From Planctomycetales bacterium (GTDB lineage: Bacteria > Planctomycetota > SBBH01), in assembly GCA_005239795.1 (NCBI GenBank), contig SBBH01000211.1:1-43950 (forward strand): a DNA stretch of 43,950 nt, written 5' to 3'. Within the stretch, counting starts at the first letter, position 1, and each line of letters begins with the position of its first letter. Below are positions 36,269 to 43,950 of the stretch, piece after piece. Position numbers and translations under genes: made by a program. The notes beneath the pieces were generated by a model. That model was not told the DNA's origin and did not search any database. It saw nothing but the letters and a program-made list of their open reading frames with translations.

Positions 36269-37236
36269 TTCTGTGAGGTTTTCGGAGAGGCCTCCTGTGT
36301 CGGGACCTCAACGGCGTTCAAAATGTCCTCCACGAGCGTCTCGGGCGTGACGCCCGACAGGCGCGCCGGTGGGGTCAGGATGAGGCGGTGCGCCAGGACG
36401 CCCAGGGCGATCCGCTTGGCGTGGTGCGGCGAGACGAAGGCCTGCCCCTCGATGAGGGCCAGCGCCTGCGCCCCCCGCATCATGGCGAGCGATCCCCGGG
36501 GGCTGGCGCCCAGGAGGATGTCCTCGTGCTCGCGGGTCCGGGTCACGATCCGGATGATGTAGTCGCGGATCGCCTCGCTCACATGGACCTGGCGGACGGC
36601 GTTCTGGATCGCGCGGATCTCGTCTGTCGTGGCCACGGGTTCCAGAGATTCAATGGGGTGGACCGCGATCTGTTTTTCAAGGATCGCCATTTCGACGTCC
36701 GCGGGGGTGTAGCCCAGGCGGATCCGGAGCATGAACCGGTCGAGCTGGGCTTCGGGCAAAGGATAGGTTCCCTGCTGTTCGATCGGGTTCTGCGTCGCGA
36801 TCACAAAATAAAGGGGCGGCAGGGGATGGGGCTTGCCGTCCACCGTCACCTGGGACTCGTCCATGCACTCCAGGAGCGCCGATTGCGTGCGGGGCGTCGC
36901 TCGGTTGATCTCGTCGGCCAGAAGGATGTTCGTGAAGACCGGCCCGGGATGGAATTCGAAATCGCCTGTCTTTTGGTTATAGATCGAGACCCCTGTGACG
37001 TCGGTGGGGAGGAGATCCGGCGTGAACTGGATCCGCTTGTAGGTTGCGCTGACGGAGCGGGCGATCGCCCGGGCCAGCATCGTCTTTCCCACGCCGGGGA
37101 CATCCTCGATCAGGATGTGCCCTCTGGCCAGAAGCCCCACCAGGGCCAGCCGGACCGGGTCTTCCTTTCCGTAGATGACCTTGTTGACGTTGGCGGCGAG
37201 CCGTTTGATCCGGTTCTGGATCGCCTCAAGCGACAT
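36265..37236 (-). CDS. MoxR-family AAA+ ATPase
   Basis: Walker A DVPGVGKT, Walker B LLADEINRATPRTQSALLE, and size of about 320 aa. Confidence 0.95.
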   Translation of the reverse strand: MSLEAIQNRIKRLAANVNKVIYGKEDPVRLALVGLLARGHILIEDVPGVGKTMLARAIARSVSATYKRIQFTPDLLPTDVTGVSIYNQKTGDFEFHPGPVFTNILLADEINRATPRTQSALLECMDESQVTVDGKPHPLPPLYFVIATQNPIEQQGTYPLPEAQLDRFMLRIRLGYTPADVEMAILEKQIAVHPIESLEPVATTDEIRAIQNAVRQVHVSEAIRDYIIRIVTRTREHEDILLGASPRGSLAMMRGAQALALIEGQAFVSPHHAKRIALGVLAHRLILTPPARLSGVTPETLVEDILNAVEVPTQEASPKTSQK

Positions 37237-37255
37237 GGCGCGATGCTAACGCATC

Positions 37256-37281
37256 GAAATCCAAAATCCCAAGCTCCAAAT
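37256..37281 (-). repeat. copy of the GT-rich leader element, 19 nt upstream of the moxR-family ATG
   Basis: 22/26 identity to 7281-7306 in the same orientation relative to the downstream gene (hand alignment). Confidence 0.6.
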
Positions 37282-37330
37282 ATGAATCTCCTTGACCGGG
37301 TGCGCGGGCCGGGGAGAAAGTGTTCTTCTC

Positions 37331-38104
37331 ATGCGAAAGGCGCTCTCAGGGCAGGGGGCGGTGGTCGTGGGAGGCGGCCGCGGGATCGGGCAGGCCTGCG
37401 CCGAATTTTTGGCCGCCGAGGGGGCGCGCGTTGTGATCTCGGCACGCACGCAGAGCCAGATCGTGCATACGGTCCTGGCGATTCGCAAGCGGGGCGGTCG
37501 CGCCTGGGCGGTCCCCTGCGACGTCACGAAGCCCGAGAACGTCCGGACTTTGGCGCGGCTCGCCGGCCGGCATTTAAAATCGATCGACATTCTCGTCAAC
37601 AGCGCCGGGATCGCCCCGACGGCTCCCTTGGCGAAGCTTTCCTTGAGGGAATGGCACCGGACGATCGCCGTCAATCTCACGGGGACCTTTTTGGCGATGC
37701 AGGCGTTCCTGCCGGAGCTCGTGCGCCGCCGCGGGCGAGTCGTGAACATCGCTTCGACCGCCGCCTTGGAAGGGGGTGGCGGGCCCTACATCGCCGCCTA
37801 CGCCGCCGCCAAGCACGGTGTCCTGGGGCTCACGCGCTCGGCCGCGGCGGAACTATCCGGGGTCGGCGTCCGCGTCAATGCCGTCTGTCCGGGGTTCGTG
37901 GACACCGATCTCACGCGCCAATCCGTGGCGCGCATCGTGCAGAAGACCGGCAAGACCCCCAAGGAGGCGCTCCGGTTGATCTTGAACAGTGTCCACCAGA
38001 AACGTCTCATCACACCCCGAGAGGTCGCCCGCGCGGTCGCGAAGCTCTGCCTGCCGTCTGCGAAGGCGACCGGGCAGGCGGTGGTTCTGCATGGCAGGGG
38101 ATGA
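37331..38104 (+). CDS. short-chain dehydrogenase/reductase (FabG-like)
   Basis: VVGGGRGIGQA cofactor motif, NSAG, and catalytic YAAAKHG. Confidence 0.85.
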   Translation: MRKALSGQGAVVVGGGRGIGQACAEFLAAEGARVVISARTQSQIVHTVLAIRKRGGRAWAVPCDVTKPENVRTLARLAGRHLKSIDILVNSAGIAPTAPLAKLSLREWHRTIAVNLTGTFLAMQAFLPELVRRRGRVVNIASTAALEGGGGPYIAAYAAAKHGVLGLTRSAAAELSGVGVRVNAVCPGFVDTDLTRQSVARIVQKTGKTPKEALRLILNSVHQKRLITPREVARAVAKLCLPSAKATGQAVVLHGRG

Positions 38105-38125
38105 GGAAAGTTTTATGCATGTGAG

Positions 38126-39907
38126 ATGAGATCCCGACGCCTGACTTTCTTCCTTCTTGTAGCCGCAGGGGGCGCCCTGTCCGGCTGCAATCCCGTGAAC
38201 CGCATCGTCTCGGACCGCGCTCTCGGCTATCAGGGGATGATGGATGATTTGGGGGTGCTTCCTCCTCTTGCCACGAGGCTTTGCGCCCAAGATGTACAGA
38301 TCGCCACGCGATCGGGGAAGAAATTGCAGGGGTGGTTTTTCGACTGCGCGGATCCCAAAGGAGCGATCTTCTTCTGCAGCGGCCACAGCGGCGGGTGCGT
38401 CTGGAAGGCGGATCAGGCCCGCTTTCTTCAACAGGCCGGTTATCAGGTGTTTCTTTACGACTATCGGGGGCAGGGATTGAGCGAGGGCTCCCCTTCCCTT
38501 CGCGATTTTCCGGAGGATGTGCGCGACGCCTACCAGGCTTTCAAGGGGATCAAGGGATTGCGGGCCGACCGGATCGCCGTCTGCGGGATTTCGCTCGGCT
38601 CCCCGATGGCGTTAATGATCATGGCGGAGGGTCCAGAGGTGAAATGCGGCGTTTTCGAGAGTCTCTATGACCCTTGGTATGAGTTGCGGGAAAGGGTTGG
38701 GAGTTCCGTCTTGAGCTGGTTCATCAAGCGCTGGGCATTCCCGACGGGAATCGATCTGGAATCCTGGGCGGGGCAGGTCGGTGACCGTCCGGTGCTCTGG
38801 ATCCAGCCGCGATACGACATTGTCTCTCCTCCGATGAGAAGCGTCTGGTCGAAGATGGGGGAGAGGAAGCGATTCTGGTGGGTGGACGCGATTCATTACC
38901 CTTCTACGTGGATTTTGTTCGGAGAGGAATACAAGCGTCAGGTCCTGAGCCTTCTCGAGCGCGGACTCGAGGGGAGGTCGGAATCCCTGCAGATCGTATC
39001 CTGGAGCGTGGAGGAAAAATGCCGCCACGCCACAGTGGGCATGCTGAAGGCCCATCAGCCCAAAGGGGAAAGAAATCCCGTTCGCATCGTCGATGTGACA
39101 GGGTGCTTGCCTTTCGCGCCGAATCTGGCGCAACTCCCCGATTCAGGCAGGAGGATGGGAACAATGACATGGAATCTAGATATCACGATGGAGTCGCGAT
39201 GGATTGTTCCCGTTGGAGAAGAGGAAGAATGGATTGCGACATTTGCATGGGTAGACAACAAGACGGGAAAGCCTATCCAAACGGCCGGGATGAATGAGGT
39301 CTATGACGTTGTTTGCGTGTTGGAAAGCTCAAGGCGCTGTCCTGTGGAGATCGTTTTGTTCTCGGTGGATAAGGTTGATGGCGCGTTGGCACCGAGGGGA
39401 TTTTCTCGTGTCTTTGCAAAGAAGGGACGGAGCACCCATCGGGTCTTATCGAGCCAGAAGGAAGTGGACATCGTGATCGTGACCCCTTTCGAAGGGGACG
39501 ATTGGCCCGAAAGACAAGGATTTCAAACGCCTTACATGCGGTTCGACTTGAGGGGGCCCTCGGGTTCGGCGGCGGTCGAGTTCAGAAAGATCTGTGGAAC
39601 TTTAGAGAAACGGAGACCGTCCTGGGCCACCTTTGCCTCGCGCATGTTCTTTTCTCGCTTGTGCTGTTTGGGTCTTTCCCAACAGGAGACGGAGCAGGCG
39701 GGATCCTTGGAGGCCGCCCTGGTTTCCTTGGCGCGTCAGGATGCCGCGACAGCTCCATTGATCGCAAGCTACCTGCGGTATCTCTATCCTGATTTCAAGC
39801 CTCAGGGAGGCGCTTCTTGGTGCGAGACCTTTCTTCCGCGGCTTGAGGGACATGTCAGGGATTTTTCATGGGAAGCGAAGAACGGCCGGTTCCGTCTGCA
39901 ACGGTGA
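38126..39907 (+). CDS. lipoprotein with N-terminal alpha/beta hydrolase domain and a C-terminal domain of about 330 aa of unknown function
   Basis: Lipobox LSGC. Nucleophile elbow GISLGS after YDYRGQGLSEG. C-terminal half not recognised. Confidence 0.75.
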   Translation: MRSRRLTFFLLVAAGGALSGCNPVNRIVSDRALGYQGMMDDLGVLPPLATRLCAQDVQIATRSGKKLQGWFFDCADPKGAIFFCSGHSGGCVWKADQARFLQQAGYQVFLYDYRGQGLSEGSPSLRDFPEDVRDAYQAFKGIKGLRADRIAVCGISLGSPMALMIMAEGPEVKCGVFESLYDPWYELRERVGSSVLSWFIKRWAFPTGIDLESWAGQVGDRPVLWIQPRYDIVSPPMRSVWSKMGERKRFWWVDAIHYPSTWILFGEEYKRQVLSLLERGLEGRSESLQIVSWSVEEKCRHATVGMLKAHQPKGERNPVRIVDVTGCLPFAPNLAQLPDSGRRMGTMTWNLDITMESRWIVPVGEEEEWIATFAWVDNKTGKPIQTAGMNEVYDVVCVLESSRRCPVEIVLFSVDKVDGALAPRGFSRVFAKKGRSTHRVLSSQKEVDIVIVTPFEGDDWPERQGFQTPYMRFDLRGPSGSAAVEFRKICGTLEKRRPSWATFASRMFFSRLCCLGLSQQETEQAGSLEAALVSLARQDAATAPLIASYLRYLYPDFKPQGGASWCETFLPRLEGHVRDFSWEAKNGRFRLQR

Positions 39908-39966
39908 ACGGCGACATCCCTTTTGACGCTGGACTTTCGACGCCTGACTCGGGACCCTATTTCCGC

Positions 39967-40767
39967 ATGGCGATCGCGCACACGACGTTCCTCTATCATT
40001 TCGACGCCGCTACGGGTGTCGCGACGATCACCTTGAACCGCCCGGAGCGCTTGAACGCCCTGACGTTCGAGGTGTACCAGGAGTTGAAGGACGCCTTCGT
40101 GTCTCTGGATACCGAGCCAGGCGTGCGCGCCGTGGTGATCACCGGGGCCGGGCGCGCCTTCTGCTCCGGCGGCGACGTCGAATCGATTATTGGGAGGCTT
40201 CTCGGGCGGACCCCCGAGGAGCTTCTGGAGTTCACGCGCCTCACCGGGGCGCTCATCGGAGCGATCCGGAAATGCCGAAGGCCTGTCGTCGCGGCCCTGA
40301 ATGGGACGGTCGCCGGGGCGGGGGCGGTGATCGCGGCGGCGTGCGACATCCGGATCGCGGCGGAGTCGGCGAAGATCGCGTTTCTCTTTACGAAGGTGGG
40401 GCTCTCGGGGGCTGACATGGGGGCCTCATGGCTGTTGCCGCGCCTCGTAGGAGCGGGACGCGCCGCCGAAATCCTTTTGACTGGGGATTTTGTGGACGCC
40501 CAGACGGCTGAGCGGATCGGCCTCTACACGCGCGTCGTCCGGCAAGAACGCGTCCTTCCCGAGGCGCGCGCCTGGGCCGAAAAGCTCGCGCAAGGGCCGT
40601 CCTTCGCGCTGGGGATCACTAAGGAGATGCTGAACCGCGAGGCGTCGATGGATCTCGATGCGGCCCTGGAGGCCGAGGCGAAGATCCAGGCCGTCTGCAT
40701 GGAGAATCCGACCTTCCGCGAGGCGTACGAGGCGTTTAAGGCGAAGCGTCCGCCAAAGTTCGTTTAG
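39967..40767 (+). CDS. enoyl-CoA hydratase/isomerase family protein
   Basis: GVATITLNRPERLNAL ... VITGAGRAFCSGGD ... AALNGTVAGAG. An earlier ATG at 39868 would overlap the upstream gene by 40 nt. Confidence 0.85.
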   Translation: MAIAHTTFLYHFDAATGVATITLNRPERLNALTFEVYQELKDAFVSLDTEPGVRAVVITGAGRAFCSGGDVESIIGRLLGRTPEELLEFTRLTGALIGAIRKCRRPVVAALNGTVAGAGAVIAAACDIRIAAESAKIAFLFTKVGLSGADMGASWLLPRLVGAGRAAEILLTGDFVDAQTAERIGLYTRVVRQERVLPEARAWAEKLAQGPSFALGITKEMLNREASMDLDAALEAEAKIQAVCMENPTFREAYEAFKAKRPPKFV

Positions 40768-40769
40768 GC

Positions 40770-41939
40770 ATGCCCGACGCCGCTTCCGTGGGGCCATTTC
40801 TCGAGGAGCGCCACGCGGCGCTTGCCGCAGACGCCACGAAATTCGCGGCCGAGAAGATCGGCGCGCTTCCCGCTCCGGCCGACGACACGGCGGCCCGGGC
40901 ACAGGCCCGTGAAATCCTAAAACTCTTGGGAGAGGCCGGCTGGATCGGCTACGCCGTCCCGGCAGCCTATGGAGGAAGGGCCGAGAAGCCGGATTTCCGG
41001 GCTTGCGCCATGATCCGCGAGGCCCTGGCCGGCGCCTCCCCTTTGGCGGACGCCGTCTTCGCCCTTCAGTGCTTAGGATCGATGCCGGTGACGTTGGCTG
41101 GATCGGAAGAGCAGAAAAGAAAATGGCTTCCGGCCGTGGCCAAGGGAGAGGCGATGGCCGCCTTCGCGATGACCGAGCCCCAGGCGGGCTCCGATGTCTC
41201 GTCGATCGCCACGACCGCCTATCGCGAGGGGGATTTTTACGTCCTGTCCGGGCACAAAACCTTCATCTCGAACGCGGGGATCGCGGATTTCTATCTCGTT
41301 TTCGCCTCGACGGATCTTATAAAGGGGGTGAAGGGGATTTCCTGTTTTCTGGTGGAGGCGGCCAATCCCGGCCTGCGTTTCGCGCGCGCGCAGGTCCTTT
41401 CCGCCCCGCACCCTCTGGGGGAAATCACCTTCGCACGCTGTCAGGTCCCCTTGTCCGCGCGCGTCGGGGGGGAGGGAGAAGGGTTTGCGATCGGCATGGC
41501 GACGCTGGACCGCCTGCGCGCGACAGTGGCAGCCGCCGCCTGCGGGATGGCCGAGCGGGCGCTCGCGGAGGCCCTGCGCCATGCCGCGGGCCGCCGCCAA
41601 TTCGGAAAACCCTTGGCCGAGTTCCAAATGATCCAGGGGAAGCTGGCCGCGATGGCGACGGAGCTCGCGGCCGCGAGGCTTCTGGTGTATCGCGCGGCGC
41701 GTCTGGCGGACATCTCCACGCAACGGGTCACGATGGAATCGGCGATGGCCAAGGCGTACGCGACCGAGGCCGCCCAGAGGATCGTCGACCAGGCCGTCCA
41801 GATCCTGGGAGGCGCCGGCGTCCTGGCCGACCACCCGGTCGACCGGCTGTACCGGGCCGTCCGGGCCTTGAGGATCTACGAAGGGACCACCGAAATACAG
41901 CATCTTGTGATCGCCCGGCACCTTTTGAAGGGTGTATGA
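40770..41939 (+). CDS. acyl-CoA dehydrogenase
   Basis: Family pattern AFAMTEPQAGSD ... GGAGVLADHPVDRLYRAVRALRIYEGTTEIQ. Confidence 0.9.
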   Translation: MPDAASVGPFLEERHAALAADATKFAAEKIGALPAPADDTAARAQAREILKLLGEAGWIGYAVPAAYGGRAEKPDFRACAMIREALAGASPLADAVFALQCLGSMPVTLAGSEEQKRKWLPAVAKGEAMAAFAMTEPQAGSDVSSIATTAYREGDFYVLSGHKTFISNAGIADFYLVFASTDLIKGVKGISCFLVEAANPGLRFARAQVLSAPHPLGEITFARCQVPLSARVGGEGEGFAIGMATLDRLRATVAAAACGMAERALAEALRHAAGRRQFGKPLAEFQMIQGKLAAMATELAAARLLVYRAARLADISTQRVTMESAMAKAYATEAAQRIVDQAVQILGGAGVLADHPVDRLYRAVRALRIYEGTTEIQHLVIARHLLKGV

Positions 41940-41957
41940 TGGGGGTTTCAGGTTGAC

Positions 41958-42896
41958 ATGCGCTTTGTGACGCACGGATCCGCCACCATTTTGTTTTCCG
42001 CCGCCCTGGCGGTTTCGGCCGACACGGTCTACTTGAGGAACGGCTGTTCGGTCAAGGGAGAGATCCTCAAGAAAAAGGCAGACCGGGTGGTGGTGGATCT
42101 GGGGTTCCAGGTCGTCGAGATCCCGGTGGACGAGGTGGACCGGATCGTTCCTGAAGGGGAGAAGGATGTCCGGACGGCCGAGACGGATGATCTCTGGCGG
42201 ACGGCGCCGGATCAGTCCGAACTCACTGTTAAGGAAAACATCGACCGCTGCGCCCCAGCGGTGGTGCTGGTGCGCACCCCCGTGGCCCTGGGGACCGGCT
42301 TCGTGGTCCATCCTTCCGGCTATGTGATCACCAATGACCACGTTGTCGCGGGTGAGACGCGGATCTCCGTGACCGCCTTCCGCCGGGAGGGACAGGAGCT
42401 GACCAAACGCATCTGCGGCAAGGTCCGGATCGTGGCCACAAATCCCCACGCTGACCTGGCGCTTCTCGCGGTCGAGGAAGGGACGGGGACGTTCCAGTCC
42501 CTTCCGATCGGGGATTCCAACGATCTCCAAGAGGGGCAGACGGTTTTCGCGATCGGGAATCCCCTGGGGCTCGAGTGGACCGTGTCGGAAGGGATCGTGA
42601 GCAAGAAGAGCCGCGCCCTCGGCGGCTCGGTCTATATCCAGACTACGGCGGCGATCAGCCCGGGGAACTCCGGGGGGCCGCTCCTCAACCTGCGCGGCGA
42701 GGTGGTCGGGGTGACGAACATGAAGATCACCGATGCGTCCGCCGAGGGGTTGGGGTTCGCGATCCCTGCGGTCCTCCTCAAAGATTTCTTGAGGAACCGC
42801 GGGGCGTTCGCCTTCGATCCCCGCAACCCGAACGCGGGATTCCGCTACGGCGAACCTCCCCGGCACGCCAGAAAAAAAGAGGAGAACAATAAATGA
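41958..42896 (+). CDS. secreted trypsin-like (S1C) serine protease without PDZ
   Basis: Signal peptide. Triad context TNDHVV / DLALLAV / GNSGGPLLN. Confidence 0.85.
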   Translation: MRFVTHGSATILFSAALAVSADTVYLRNGCSVKGEILKKKADRVVVDLGFQVVEIPVDEVDRIVPEGEKDVRTAETDDLWRTAPDQSELTVKENIDRCAPAVVLVRTPVALGTGFVVHPSGYVITNDHVVAGETRISVTAFRREGQELTKRICGKVRIVATNPHADLALLAVEEGTGTFQSLPIGDSNDLQEGQTVFAIGNPLGLEWTVSEGIVSKKSRALGGSVYIQTTAAISPGNSGGPLLNLRGEVVGVTNMKITDASAEGLGFAIPAVLLKDFLRNRGAFAFDPRNPNAGFRYGEPPRHARKKEENNK

Positions 42897-43950
42897 AACG
42901 CGCCATTCTGGCTGTCGCCGGAGGACTTTTTGTCCTCGGGCAGGCGTTCGCCGCCCCGCGCCCGGAGGAGATCATCCCCGAGCGTTTCGGCGAGATCGTG
43001 ACCATCGTCCCGGACGTCCCGAAGCTTCTTAAAGATTGGGATGAGAACCCGATCCTCAAGACCTGGGAGGACCCCCAGGTGAAAAAATTCCTGGGTCCCC
43101 TGCGCAAAAGGATGGAGGTCGACCAATGGAGCGACAACGCGCGCGAGGCGACGGGAGCGTCTTTTGAAGAGTGGCGGCGTGTGGTGCGGGGGAGCCTGGT
43201 CCTCGCAGTCGGCGGGATCGCCGAGAGCGTCCAAGAGAACGCCAAACGCAAGCGGGAGCGCCGCCCAAGGGGAAAATCGGAAGAGGAAGCCGCCGAGGGA
43301 GAATCCGAGGGTGCAACAGATCCGTTCGAGGGGATCCTGATCGCCGAGGTCGACGCCAAGGAGTACGAACGGCTCCTTCCTCGGTTGGAAGAAGCTGATC
43401 AGGTGAGCGCCCGGAAGAAGGGGAAGGAGATCCGCAGGAGGACAGAGGAGTTCCAGGGGGAGACACTTCATATCGAAGAGTCCATCCGCGACGGCAAAAC
43501 CATTCGGGTTGGCGGTTGGGTTTTGATGGGAAACAAGTTGTTTTCATCCAATCGGGTGGAGGTTCTGAAAGAGGTGGTCTCGAATCACAAACGGGGGGGG
43601 GCCGAGCGCTCCCTGGCCGGGATGCCGCAGGTGAAGAAGGCGCGCGCCCGTCCGATCCAGCAGGACATCCTCATCTGCTGGGATCCCAAGACGGTCCGGG
43701 AGAAGATCCGCTCGGACGTCCCCCCGGAGGGGCGGGGGCCCGATCCAGAGAAGATCATCCGCGCGCTGGGATTGGACGCGGTGGAAGGGGTGATCCTGGC
43801 GGTGGATCTCGAGCCGGAGGCGACGCGCCTCGAATTGGGGCTCGTGGCCTCGGCCCACCGCGGGATCATGAATCTGCTGGCTCTTCGGGACGGGGCGCCG
43901 TCGCGTCCCGCCTTCACGCCTGAGGACGCCGTCGCCGCGAGCTCCCAGCG
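42893..43950 (+). CDS. secreted hypothetical protein (3' end beyond window)
   Basis: My own translation is open from ATG 42893 (ATGA overlap with the protease stop) to the window end. Signal peptide MKRAILAVAGGLFVLGQAFA. Not in the ORF track because no stop is present. Confidence 0.6.
   Translation, partial: MKRAILAVAGGLFVLGQAFAAPRPEEIIPERFGEIVTIVPDVPKLLKDWDENPILKTWEDPQVKKFLGPLRKRMEVDQWSDNAREATGASFEEWRRVVRGSLVLAVGGIAESVQENAKRKRERRPRGKSEEEAAEGESEGATDPFEGILIAEVDAKEYERLLPRLEEADQVSARKKGKEIRRRTEEFQGETLHIEESIRDGKTIRVGGWVLMGNKLFSSNRVEVLKEVVSNHKRGGAERSLAGMPQVKKARARPIQQDILICWDPKTVREKIRSDVPPEGRGPDPEKIIRALGLDAVEGVILAVDLEPEATRLELGLVASAHRGIMNLLALRDGAPSRPAFTPEDAVAASSQ

Noticed and set aside
39868-39966. 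Longer start (ATG 39868) for the enoyl-CoA hydratase, and analogous long starts at 4503, 11907, 25173, 24391 and 27761
   Set aside because: The extensions overlap upstream genes by tens of nt and add Arg/Pro-rich sequence absent from the families. Internal starts give canonical N-termini or ATGA coupling.
1-43950. Dozens of 60-450-aa track ORFs rich in R, P, G and A overlapping the called genes in other frames or strands (for example 721..1482, 4088..4885, 10961..12256, 11988..13325, 31773..33428, 36388..38124, 41073..42866)
   Set aside because: They have low-complexity Arg/Pro/Gly composition and no recognisable motifs. Each is fully overlapped by a gene with strong family signatures, which is expected shadow-ORF behaviour in high-GC sequence.

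Overview
Visibly GC-rich, very compact bacterial chromosomal segment with about 39 protein genes, many with 1-14 nt overlaps. No rRNA, tRNA, CRISPR array, transposase or integrase was recognised. Most content is housekeeping: a Trm112-like protein, a metallophosphoesterase, yidC-mnmE, secreted S1C proteases, queD, folB, pyrR-pyrB, mnmG, alanine dehydrogenase, an SDR, enoyl-CoA hydratase and acyl-CoA dehydrogenase. A long plus-strand array of exported HEAT/TPR/terpene-cyclase-repeat proteins has an embedded myo-inositol-1-phosphate synthase. Less ordinary content: (1) an archaeal-type topoisomerase VI B/A operon; (2) a six-gene minus-strand array of a small protein, a minimal nucleotidyltransferase and two ABC ATPase/permease pairs, with one permease frame-broken; (3) a B12-radical-SAM plus SPASM-like radical-SAM pair converging on an epimerase-GT2 pair; (4) a MoxR-DUF58-DUF4129 operon. 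The exported-protein repertoire is reminiscent of PVC-group bacteria, but that is inference only. The most unusual signals I can see directly are non-coding. Two tandem perfect long-range inverted repeats with a uORF sit in front of yidC. A GT-rich leader element is shared by queD, moxR and top6A, with an inverted partial copy forming the 3' end of top6B and a canonical G-quadruplex motif before queD. An 18-nt promoter/start module is shared by the two convergent operons of the radical-SAM/sugar cluster. All functional calls rest on motif recognition by eye; no database search was possible.
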